A stretch of 64,000 nucleotides of DNA from positions 43,340,001-43,404,000 of the forward strand of contig NC_087251.1 in NCBI RefSeq assembly GCF_037042905.1. The letters run 5' to 3'. The translations under genes and the position numbers were made by a program. The notes under the pieces are model-generated. The model did no database searches and was not told the origin of the DNA. It saw only the letters and a program-made list of their open reading frames with translations. Shown piece after piece: positions 13,901 through 25,532 of the stretch; position 1 is the stretch's first letter, and every line of letters starts with the position of its first letter. This DNA comes from Lytechinus pictus (taxonomy: Eukaryota).

Positions 13901-14419
13901 ACTAACCATAGGGTCTTGCCTAATTGCCATTTGGCCTGTTCAACATTTCATTACTTTGTCCTCTTTCCAGTTAGGCTACATTTCTAACACCACATGGTCT
14001 GGATTATTAGACAAATTTTTATTTTGAATGAAAAAAATATTAATTACTAGATCTAGTCCAATTAAAGTCTCAAGTCCCAGAGAGCAAAGTGGAAATTAAA
14101 CCATCTCGACTAGATCTAAATTTAGACCTCTCACTGCTAGATCTAACTTACCACCTCTAACGTCAGATCTAGAGGACAGGTCTAAATCAAAATCAAAATT
14201 AAGCACCCATGCATTTACATATAGAAGTCTAGATCTAGATCTAACAGTAAGTTATTACCTCTAGCATGTCTATGGCCAGGCCTAGTATTTTTTTATTAGT
14301 CTTTTATAAAACCATAGGCCTAGATCTAGATCTATAGACCTAACGTTAGGCCTAGCTCTAGTCGACATCCTAACTTCGAATCTTATAAAAAAAATCAGAC
14401 CGTACATTGTCATTGTTGC

Positions 14420-14684
14420 TAAAAGTCAAGTCCATCCCAGAAAAATGTTGGTTCGATTAAATAGAAAAAAAATTAAAATAGCATAATGCTGAAAATTTCA
14501 TCAAAATCAGATATAGAATGAGAAAGAAATGGCATTTAAGGAATGGCTTATTTTTCACAAAACAGAGATGCACAACTCAGCGACATGCAAATGAGACAGT
14601 CGATGATGTCCCTTACATATTTGACAATAAGGACCAACTTTACTGAGCCATATAGTATTAAACAATGCTAATTCCACACATTCA
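14420..14684 (+). mobile_element. Truncated, internally deleted copy of the 19.0 kb element
   Basis: Colinear matches: AAGTCAAGTCCA, GAAAATTTCATCAAAAT, CATGCAAATGAGA, TTTGACAATAAGGACCAACT. Confidence 0.75.
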
Positions 14685-14740
14685 TACCTCTAATCTAGGC
14701 CTAACTCTTTTCAGTTCTGGACCGACACAAGTCTATTTAC

Positions 14741-15230
14741 CCCGCCATTTAGTTTACTCGTGTCGACTGCTGCCTGCAGTAAACCGTTGTTCCTAGTTGA
14801 GGTACGATACGGTACTCTCATGTGGATAGCCCCTGGACGCCTCCGATCATGTTCGGGCTACCACGGGGCCGCGGGGGCTGCCGCAGTAAAAGTAAAGAAA
14901 AGGATACCCCACTAAGCAGGTTCAAGTTTGACTGTGTAGAATAAAATTCTTCATCAATTTGAAGTACCGGTGAGTGGTGGTTTATCCTTCTCCATAGCTT
15001 CTCCATAGCTCGTCTCATTTTGTTTTAGCCACACTACATCGAAAGAATGTTCTCTTTCATTAGAAATAAAAAGACCTAACAAAGTTAGACCTAGTGCAGT
15101 GACGTCTCCACATACGTCGTCTGCATGCAAGACTCGGCCGGAAGAAGACTTTCGCTCAATTAAGAATTCGCCCCATATCCCAGCCAAGTCGAACTGCATC
15201 ATCGATTTTGGGGTGACGAAAACCACTAGA
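14741..15230 (-). promoter_or_regulatory. Putative CpG-rich promoter / non-coding first exon of KIF26
   Basis: Locally GC/CpG-rich block with a candidate donor GG|GTAAAT at about 14740. CpG is visibly scarce from there to position 1 (gene body) and common upstream. No transcript evidence. Confidence 0.35.
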
Positions 15231-15693
15231 GATGAATAAGTGGATTTTTTGCATTAAATAGCGGTTTTAAGAGCACCCAATATTGTTCTGTTATTTCTTA
15301 TCAGACTAATTCAAGAAAACATTATTCATGCTCTTCAGCACTTCACTCGAAAAACGACTAGTATCTACTCAAACTTGAAAACATAACTAATTATACGAGA
15401 GGAGTACTTTTGATATTTTGAAAATGTCTACAGGTGTAAAATCAACAGATTCAGTATATTTAGGTGAGATAATTCTTTTTATATTTAAGTGCGTAAGAGA
15501 ATTTTTGACGAGAAATTGTCATTTTTTAACAGAAATTAGATTAAGTGGCATTCTTGCAAATAAATTGATGAATAGATACATGTATATAATACACAAATTG
15601 TTATATGAAAATTATATAGTGGAGATCCGGCATCAAACGTACGTACCTGTCAAAATTCAAATGACAGTGATTTGAAATCCGGTCTTCTTTTAA

Positions 15694-15935
15694 CAATGGG
15701 TGATTTCAAGTTCAGTGTTGAACTTTTGGTGTTGGTAATAGGTCAATTTTCACACGATTATAACACAAAACATAAAATGAAGATGGTCCCGAAAAGTCAC
15801 TCACTAGTTGTTAAGATGTCAATAATGTGATCTGGATCAGGTTTACAAACACAGAATTACTTTTGGAGCTAGGGAAAATAATCCTTATTTCAACACCAAC
15901 ACCAAGGCCAACACCGGACTTGAAATCACCTATTG
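15694..15935. mobile_element. MITE with ~27-bp TIRs
   Basis: CAATGGGTGATTTCAAGTTCAGTGTTG ... CAACACCGGACTTGAAATCACCTATTG. Confidence 0.7.
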
Positions 15936-18900
15936 ACATTACCAAAGTAAACTGGACCATACATTATTATCTTCCATCACAATTCTAAATTTTGCAAGGG
16001 ACCCCCCCCCCCCCCCATCGTTTTACGTCCCCACTGTTCACGATGCAAATTCGTGATTTATTTTATTTTGTTTTGTTTTTATTTTCCATTTGTCATCTTT
16101 CACGCTAAAAATGGTCGATCCCTGAGGCCGAAGCTAAAATTGGGAGACACAAAAAAGTGGAATGGAATGGAATCAAAGCTTACGGCACGTGCCATCGACC
16201 CCCACATCACTCGGTGTCCGTCTGGAATGTGGACCGGACGCCTCGGTAGATCAAGAAGGGTCATTCCCGGTGGTGAACTAGCAGTCACTCCAGGGAAATA
16301 ACAGAACCTTATACTTTGTCCCCAAGATTGCAGAACGAGAAATGGAGAGTTGCTGATTGATCAGATGCAAGACAGAAATCTCCCATCTGATTCTAAACTT
16401 CTCAGTAAATGTGTAAATAGTCTAAATACATATATATACCTAGACTAAGTCATAAATGTAGGCACATTAGCCACTTGAGATAGAGATTTGTTACATCAAA
16501 TTTTGCAACGACGTTTTGAAATATAGCAAGTCACAGACAAGTCATGAACTACATTTCTTTCTCTCCCATATCAAATTTTTTATCTACAGAGTATCAATTT
16601 TCAGGAAGAAAGAAAAGAGAATACTGCCAGATAGCAGTTCGTACAAAACGCAGTACAAGAATAGTGCAAAGGCGAAGTAACAAAAGGTTGCAAGAAATAT
16701 TATAACCGGTGATGGAGACTGTAGCGTTGGTCCGATGTCCGCAGGCTATTTATGATCTCAGATATGTAAGTGACCATTTTGAACGTCTCATATATCATGA
16801 GGATTAGCCCCCAGTCAATCAAGAAAGTTGAAGCCATTCATCATATCTCGCAGCCCAAAAGGCGACAATTAATTTCAGGATTGGCTATAGAGACGTAGGA
16901 ATAGAAATATCTTATATTAGCATGATAATTTCAATCTCGCATTTCCCAATTTTTTCCAAAAATTCGGCTGACCAATAACTAATGCAGGTGTCCTTCTCGA
17001 TTGGAACGCAGAGTCATTATCTTAATATTCATATTCATTATCATGACAAAAGGCTCATTGCCCAAAACAAAGTGTTCACCCTTAAATATGCTTCGTTTGC
17101 AAGTTGTTTGTATTGGAGTTCAATGACACGGAACAACGTTAAATGCATTCAAGAACAATAATTCTTCCAAATAGTCAGGGGCTATTCTATGACTAACTCT
17201 TACTTTGGGCAATATTTAAATTTTCGAGACCAGTAGCATATTTATTATTTGTCTTAATAATATATTGAGAACCAATATGATTTTATAACAAACACATAAT
17301 GCATAACAGAAACGTTAAGTGTGGAAAGAGTGAACACTTTCACAACATTAGGATTGCTTAATTTAAAAAAAGAACTGTATAATTATAGCATAAAATGCTG
17401 AAATTTGACTATTCTTAGACAAAGTAAGATATCTACGATTTATCTAGGAAAAGAACGGACAGCTCTTGATAAATTATAGATGACAAGTGCGTGTTTATCA
17501 GTTTAGACCTTTGTTACTGTGAGGTAGAAGATATTCGAGGGATCAAATGAGAGAGTGTGATTATTAAAGGAAGAAACAAGAGAAGCAGGAAAATTTGATG
17601 GCGAATGCCGAGAATGCGACCTGGAATGTCTTGAGCACCATATCTTTAATACCCGACAGTCCGATATTCGACTCCTTGGGTTAGGAATGGGTAAAGGGGG
17701 GAACCGTAGACTGCTGCACTGCACGGTCAATAGCCAAGATCCAAATAAAATCAATCTCTGACAAAGTTCACCTCTTTTCTCTCCCCTATTCTACTTTGGC
17801 GACTCTTTGACAAAGCTTTGCATGAACGACCTCTTGTTTGGGGGGTCGGGAATGCGTTGGGTAGCCATTACCAAGTGCTCCATGTACACGAATTTCATTC
17901 ATACATCAAAATCTGGAACAGCTAGCCTCGTCTCGCCCGACTCGACGTCATTTATCATTTTACCCCCGACAATTTACGTCGGGCAGATCAAGGATGCTTC
18001 AAACATTTAAACTGCTATGCACACGAGGATATATTATTTCTCACTAGTACAAACTGGGCGACTCACGGTCACGATAACTTAATTCAAGGAATACATTAAA
18101 ATGTTTAAAAAAAACAACGAAGGAACTTATTTTACAAGCAAGTAGGCTCGTTACCCCAAGAAAATATAATTATGCATAAATTATTACTTTAATGCTGATT
18201 CTTATACAAAGTCAGCATTTGATTGCATGGTTCTAGGTGTTAAGTAAAATTCTAATTATGTAATCTAGATAAAACATTATCATTCGTATTCTGGTCTGAA
18301 ACATAATGGCACGAATATCGTATTACCGTATATTCTACCCGATTTCGTCTACCTATAAACCTTTTCACATCTACTCCAGATATCAACTAAGATCTGGCGC
18401 GGGTTTCATGAACCGGTCTTGTCACTGATTATCGCTGACAAATATGCTCCAAGCCAATCGAATATAGAGATTTCAATGGATTACGACATTCACCTGCTTT
18501 GATAAATGCTTCCCTGTTTAAAATCTATCATTTAAAAAAAATGAAAGATGACATGGACAAAATACTATCGATTTACAGTCTTTTTACAATCACATCAAAT
18601 AATCTTTACCCCCCCCCCCCCACCCCCAATCTCTAGACAATCTTCCGCATTCTTCATGTTCCTATGACTGTTGATAATGCTGCAAACATATATTTTTCAA
18701 ACAATATGGTAATATTGTCCTTAACGGTCACACTTACTCGCCCATTCTTGTTTATGACGGGGAGAGTGCACCCGGCTTGAAAATCTCTGCATGGAGTCGC
18801 TATGACAGATCATAACGCAATGCGTGCATGCTGAGTGGAAAAGGTTGCCAATTAAAGCAATCATTACACAACAGTCACTTCAGTCTTGCAGCTTTCCTCC

Positions 18901-19008
18901 ACTTATACATAACACGTAAGACGGCAGGGACATGTGACGCTAGTTTTTTTTAAATGTTGATTTCAAAGAGTGCGGATACTAACAAGGTTTACTTCAGATT
19001 GGGTTCAA

Positions 19009-19611
19009 AGGTCAAGTCCACCTCAGAAAAACGTTGATTTATATCAATAGCGAAAAATCAGACAAGAATAATGCCGAAAATTTCATCAAAATTGGATGTT
19101 AAATAAGAAAGTAATGACATTTAAAAGTTTGCTTATTTTCACAAAATAGTTATATGCACAAATTAGTCACATGCAAATGAGAGAATCGATGATGTCCCTC
19201 ATTCACTACTTCTTTTGTTTTTTTATTGTTTAAATTATACAATATTTCAGTTTTTACAGATTTGACAATAAGGACCAACTTGACTGAACCATTAAATGTT
19301 ATACAATGCGGTAATTCCACATGTCCAGGAGAAATAATACTTTGTTTCACAGGACAATCGGAAGAAAATTAGAATATTTCATATTTCATGTAATAAAATA
19401 CAAAAGAAATAGTGAGTGTGTGATGTCATCAGTTCCCTCATTTGCATACTGACCGGGATGTGCATATAATTGTTTTGTGAAATTAAGCGAAACTTAAAAC
19501 TGTCATAACTTTCTTATTTTACATCCAATTTTGATGAAATTTTCAGTGTTAAGCTTGTTGGATTTTTCTCTTTTTATTCAAATCATCTCTTTGTTGGAGT
19601 GGACTTGTCCT
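19009..19611. mobile_element. Non-autonomous TTAA-target DNA transposon (Kolobok-like), ~600 bp
   Basis: Long imperfect TIRs AGGTCAAGTCCAC... / ...GTGGACTTGTCCT, flanked by TCAA/TTAA. Confidence 0.8.
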
Positions 19612-22600
19612 TTAAAAATGACTAGAGGAATTATGATTAGAATTTTCTTCTTTCTATATATATCCCTCTTAAGCTGAACAAAAATCCTTCGCCAACGCCA
19701 ACATGAGTGATCAAATGGATCTTACATATAGCTGATAGCTAGACGAACATCTGCTGGCCATGGTCGATCGGCTGCAAAAATATACCGCCATCATGCTTTT
19801 CAAAATAATGTTCTATAACCATGCAGTCACAATTTGCGTTCTATTTAACATGTTTAACAATAACCTACAAATCACGAACCATTAGACACGATCTTTATAT
19901 TGATGCTTTAAAGATGCACTTTGCGTCGTAGATTTACACAAAGTAATCGAAATATATATAATAAAAACACAAACTGAGAAGCCGAATACATTCGATGATT
20001 TCTCGGTCGTTAATTACCACGTATATAGAGTTGACTGACCATATTCAAAATCTTCGGGAAGACAGCATGGCCGATTATAGGCGCTCACTAGCGCCCTATT
20101 GGCGTACCACGCCAAGCTGACCGACACGTTTTAGTCCTTCATGATGTGCATTGTAATAGGCGATGTTTTCCGAGCAATTGGGAAGAAATTCTAGAAAGCT
20201 TTTAGCCCCAGGGATGAATGTCAATGACATAGACGATTCGAAGGATTTTAATTGCTTTCTTCTCCAAGAGTGGACATCGGGCGGCACTGCAGTCCACGAC
20301 CGGACCAGACAAAAAAAAAGTATGGAGAAAGAAAACATCTATTTCTCCCTTGAACTTGAGCTCAGGACGATCACCTCTGCTTTGAAGACGTGGAGAGAAG
20401 TATAGATGTGAAAATTTCCTCGTTCATTTAACTATCCCTCGAGGTTTCGAGGAGAACAAACCACGATCAAGCACACCAGATGCAAGAAAAGACGGGAGGG
20501 GCGAGTTCCAGATTGGACAAAAAGAGGGGGAAAGGGTTCGGTTTGGTTTAGTTGGACATGAAACACAGTATACGACGTGCCCTGGAGTGCATGACTCGTC
20601 TCCATGCACGGGCAAGCAGGAGACCGGGCGCCTTCCCTGACAGCTAATACTGAAAGACACAGTCTCAGAGGTAATATACCTCACCAAAACACAAACAAAA
20701 TCCTTATTAGTACTTGTCGTTTTATATGAATACATGTTTCAAACGAGAAACTATTTTCGTTGAAACTGGTGTTCCTATTTGTTTGTTAATTCTTAATTAT
20801 TGATCATTTAACTGTCTCCTGTAATGAAAAAAAAGAACACAATGAACAAAAAATCAGCACATGAACATATGAACACACCAGGGAAGAGGGAGGAACACAA
20901 TAGATCCGGGGGAAAAAAAGACAAATGCAAATAATAAAAAAAAACCCTGACGGGATAAGATCACACCCTTCCATCACACACGTGAGGGGTTCAAAATGTT
21001 TGTCGGACGAGCGAGGTCCTTCCAGTCGCAAACAACAATATCACTAACAAAAAGAAAAACCCTCCGTATTTGAAAACCAAGACGTATTCGATACACCAAT
21101 AATCTCTTGTGTACCCAATGCTACATAGACGCGCTGACAACCAGGGGCAAGGAAAGACAACTTCTGACGAAACGACATCAAGAAACACAGCTCTAAGCCG
21201 GCAATGAGGAGACAAGGTATAGGCAAATCGATATCCAAGGAAAACCAACGCTAAGCCATTGACTATACCCCACAGATACACCTACAGACATGCAGTTTGC
21301 ATACACATGCGACTAGAAGTTTCTTAGATAACTGTGCCTCTCTTTTTGGCTTTGAGAGTTTTGTACTCGACTCGTGTATCAAATGGAGACAAATTTTATT
21401 CCATCCAGCCGTTTGGACTATGGAGGTAGCGACCTGCAGTGTCCAGGTGTCCAACCGAGGAAATGTAACCGTCTGTCTATTTCCCTTGAGTGCATGACTG
21501 GTCCTATACGACACAATCCCAAACCAAAACTAGAACAGATTTTGTTTTCTCCTTTTTTTGTAGAAGATGAAATATCAAAATGTTCTGATAATATCACGAG
21601 AGGACTCTCAAACACTAGTATAATTTGCGCGACTATCCAGGCTAATTGCCGCGACGACCCCCCCCCCCATCATTTTCCCATCAAATTGGACTGAAGGCCC
21701 AACCTTTAAAGATTTCATTAAATAATGAAATACAATCGATAACAGACCTTTATTTATTTTCTTCCAAAAAACTTTTTGGCGAAAACAAGCAGAATGGTGA
21801 ATGTTTGTACTATTTTTAATATTTTCTCTTATTCGATACCACTCCGTCATCGCAGAAACAATCAATCACGCAGTCATTGATCCCTAGTTACATCGATTTA
21901 TTGGCAAGAGAGACGGTGAACATGATGAACATGATGTAAAATACCGAGTAACATTGCACCAACCAACAATCTTCGACGCCACAAGCACACAACTATCATA
22001 ACCAGTCACAAGCTCCGAGCCATCGCTCTATCTCGAACATGATATTGATGAATGTATAATGTCCCCCCTCTCCCTTCACGCCCAAAAGCGACTGAGGTTC
22101 AAGAACAAAGACAATACACTTCTCGTTGGCGGGGAGTTCGATGTCGACCCCCTGTAAGCCCGTGGTCGTAGATTCATCATCTCCGTGCTCGGGTTTGCCC
22201 TTACTAATGATCGAATGGTTTTCATGTTTTCCACCCACCCTTGGGCCACCAGTATCAAGCTACCGGCCGTGGCGTCTATTATTACCTTCATTCAAGAACA
22301 GGTTAGATTCTAATTTAACATTGTAAGCAAATTAATACCAAACGTGACGGGGGGGGGGGAGAAAAACCATTTGAAGCTTGATTAGAATAAAGTTTATTTT
22401 ACTAAGTCTTCTAGTGTAACTAGTACAGTTGGATTTACAATACTGGATTTAAAAGTTAAGCACTTGCCTACCTAAGTAAGAACGTCCGAAATCGAAGAAG
22501 TGGAATAGATTAGGTAAATTTAGAATAATTTGCTATCGGATTGTGTGAAGAAGATAGGAGCAAGTTCTGCAGCAAAATATCATTTCAGCATTTAGGTAAC

Positions 22601-22812
22601 AACAAAATAAACTGGGAGAAAACAATATTTTCCTCGAAAAAACAACAACAGGATATCCGAACTAAAAATGTGTGTTTATGAATAAACATTGATTATGCTG
22701 CAAGATGAGTTTCAATTTTTTTCTTTCATTAGAGTGTTAACCGATATCATCTACCCAATACTTCTCATCCTACCGAACATAATCCATGGGTGTTTACATG
22801 GATACCGGCGTC

Positions 22813-22953
22813 CCTGGTAGCATTTCATAAAATAGTCATTTGATTTTCACTGACAACTGTTACGAGCTACCGAAATCCTTGCATCTGATTGGCTCAGAGC
22901 AAACTTGTCGGTAAAAACCCATTGACAAGATGCTTCGTGAAACATTCCCCAGG
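22813..22953. mobile_element. ~140-bp MITE with central CTGATTGGCT motif
   Basis: Termini CCTGG..TTTCATAAA / TTCGTGAAACATTCCCCAGG; related copies at 18394-18516, ~28695-28831 and 47498-47604. Confidence 0.65.
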
Positions 22954-24090
22954 ACTGGAGTACGGACGGGGTGGGGTCCACCCTGGTGCTTTGCACTTGA
23001 GCGTGATATTGGCAAAGAGGTTAGGCGTAATCAAATCAAAATGCGGTCTTCGTGACTCCTTTGCTCGTCTCATCCCAGTCCTTTATCACAATCTGGCATG
23101 GTTTCTTCCAAGACGTCTCTATATACTATCTCTCTGTTGACTACACAACATCTCACTCTGCACCGCTCAACATCTGTCTCGTTCCATTAGGATAATGCAC
23201 TGTCTCACCTTAGTATCAACAGAGCCTCAGCAGACACTAATCTTAAAGACAAGATCCACTAGTCACAATATTTGGTTCCTCAAAGAAAATTTCAATCAAA
23301 AGTATCATTTAGCAAATATTGAAATGCTGAACTCTCATTATACATTTTACTTTCTTGATACATTCCTTAAAATCATCTGTACATTTTCGACTGTACTGAA
23401 TCAAGTAGATTACGAAATGTAATTATTACAACATAAGTTATGTTGCATTATAAACTTATTTTCTGCTCATAATGGTTTCTTGAGAGATAATGCATGTTTT
23501 GTTGTAACTTATTTGTATTTTATAAACATCCAATAAAACGAACTCTTTCACTACTTTACTGTTTTATTCTAAAATGTGACATCTGATTCTTGAAATAAGC
23601 TGGAAGAAGATGCAATGTCGTACAATGTCCGACAGACAATGTTTTCTCGCATCAAATCTGTTATTCTCTAGCTGAGATTAAGGTAGGTTAATACGTGACT
23701 GGACGAATGTAAATATGATTGAATATCACCAATGGTATATGGAGTTACATCAAGAGAGAATAGAACATCTGGGCTAATCCTGAGCACACATGAGCTCTTC
23801 ACTTATACCACCTCCCTGGCCACATCAAACATACATCGGATAGTGGAAAAGCAAGAGATTGCTCCGTTCACTTGAAAAAAAAAATGAAATGACGTGTTAT
23901 ATGATACTAATTGAAAAACTGACATTCTGTAATAAGGTGATCGATAGAATTGACTGGGGGTGGAACGTCGTCATAACACAAATATGATGAGTGTGACCTA
24001 TATATCACAATGGGAGATCCTAACGAACGGGAGTGGATTCATGAGTTTCTCTTGAACTAAATGGGATGATGCAAATCCGGTATTGCAGTT

Positions 24091-24166
24091 TGAAACATAT
24101 CCATCTCTTAATTCGCGTTAAGAGATGGATATGTTTCAGCTCATCTCTTAACTCGCGTTAAGAGAT
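24091..24166. repeat. Two adjacent related palindromes
   Basis: TGAAACATATCCATCTCTTAA-TTCGCG-TTAAGAGATGGATATGTTTCA (perfect 21-bp arms), followed by ATCTCTTAAC-TCGC-GTTAAGAGAT. Confidence 0.9.
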
Positions 24167-25232
24167 CCCAGAAGGATTTTTTGATTTGTAGGGAGCGATA
24201 ATGAGTTCTAGATGGGAACTTTATTGACCAGTCTGATTTTGTAATGACTGATTATTGAGTAGGTCGGGCACGAAAATACGGAACTCGGCTCAACTTTAGA
24301 AAAGACTTACGAAGTTACGATTACGGTAGCTTTGTCATTCTTGAAACTGCCATAGAAACCTGGATTTTGGTGTGCTGAGCTGATGTGCCATCTGAGTGTT
24401 TACCACGGTAGATACAGCAATGGTAACTGCTAGAGGTATTGTTAGTAGCTCCATGGTAAATGAAAAATCGGCCTCACGAGGGCATCGGGTGATGGTAAGG
24501 ACTTTCGGTGTATGCATTTGTCGATTACAGAGAAATAAGGTAAGGACTAAGGAATTAGAACAAGGTCTGTCTTTGCTTGTCTCTGTCATCAGGTGCAGCC
24601 AAGACGGGACGAGACAACATGGTGACCAGCCACGCGACCCAATTCCTTTCCATCATCTGATCACTGTGATGAGTGAAAGCACATACTGTTCTTTTTATAC
24701 CTGATAAATCTTGATAGAGCCGTTAAGGTAAATTGAAGATGGTCAATCATTAAAGATAAGGTGCAGTATGCCTATATACCTGTCCTTTACTTTCTCAGGA
24801 AGAGATACCTGATTAGCAAGGCTGAATGATGACGATGACGTCATCCTCGCGATAATCGAAATTCCTAACGAGGGGACGTCTTTTCTCTAATTAAAACCTG
24901 GTGAATTTAATTACAAACGTTAGAAAAAATGTTTTAACAATCTCGTGAGAACATTATTTTTGGGGGGATGGCTGGTAAATTCAATGAATGACATGGTTGA
25001 AGACATACATTGACACCATGGCTGGCTCAAACTTGGAGGCAAAATACCTATACAATACTCATCATAAAATGATTTTGTTGAATTTAAATTTGTTGTAGGC
25101 CTATGGAAATTCAGAAACAGTTGCGTTTAATCTCAAGTTCAATATGCTCGATTCTGATTGGTTAAAATTCATTTAGCGTGTTTTTTTAATAATTGCAATT
25201 GATTGCAACTCTTTCTAAAATGGGTCCCTCAT

Positions 25233-25532
25233 CGTGTGTATATGTGGGTGTGTATATCCATGCGTAAGTAAAGTGTGTGTGTGTGTTTGCGTGTGCATGG
25301 GTATAGGCTAAGTGTGTGCTTAGGATGTGGGTGGGTGTACCTGTGCGTGTGTATAGAGTATGAATGTGTATAGGTGTGCGTGGGTATATATGGGTGTGAA
25401 AAGTTGTGCGTGTGGTGAGAGTGTGAATGTGTATAGATGTCCGTGTGGTTAGAATGTGGGTGTATCTAAAATGAGGATGTGTATAAGGGTGTACGGGTAT
25501 ATGTGTGCGTGGGTATAAGGTGTGGGTGTGTA
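25233..25532. repeat. Degenerate (TG)-rich simple repeat
   Basis: GTGT/GTAT/GGGT-rich low-complexity tract. Confidence 0.85.

Larger units (their letters stand above)
8140..14000 (-). pseudogene. Decayed Sushi/CCP modules in the putative KIF26 first intron
   Basis: FSIGCECHSGMTLGLNLTYCRD (ORF 8927-9145); IFSTGASV (~8870-8893); TC/LADNSWESTIPD (~9655-9695); HEGFRL (~13855-13875); KCSLTGKRT (~13958-13985). Confidence 0.65.

Noticed and set aside
20163..20405. Plus-strand ORF resembling a death domain (FSEQLGRNSRKLL...LLQEW)
   Set aside because: The opposite strand gives better, ordered CCP motifs consistent with the flanks; the death-domain likeness is short and unsupported by splice sites.
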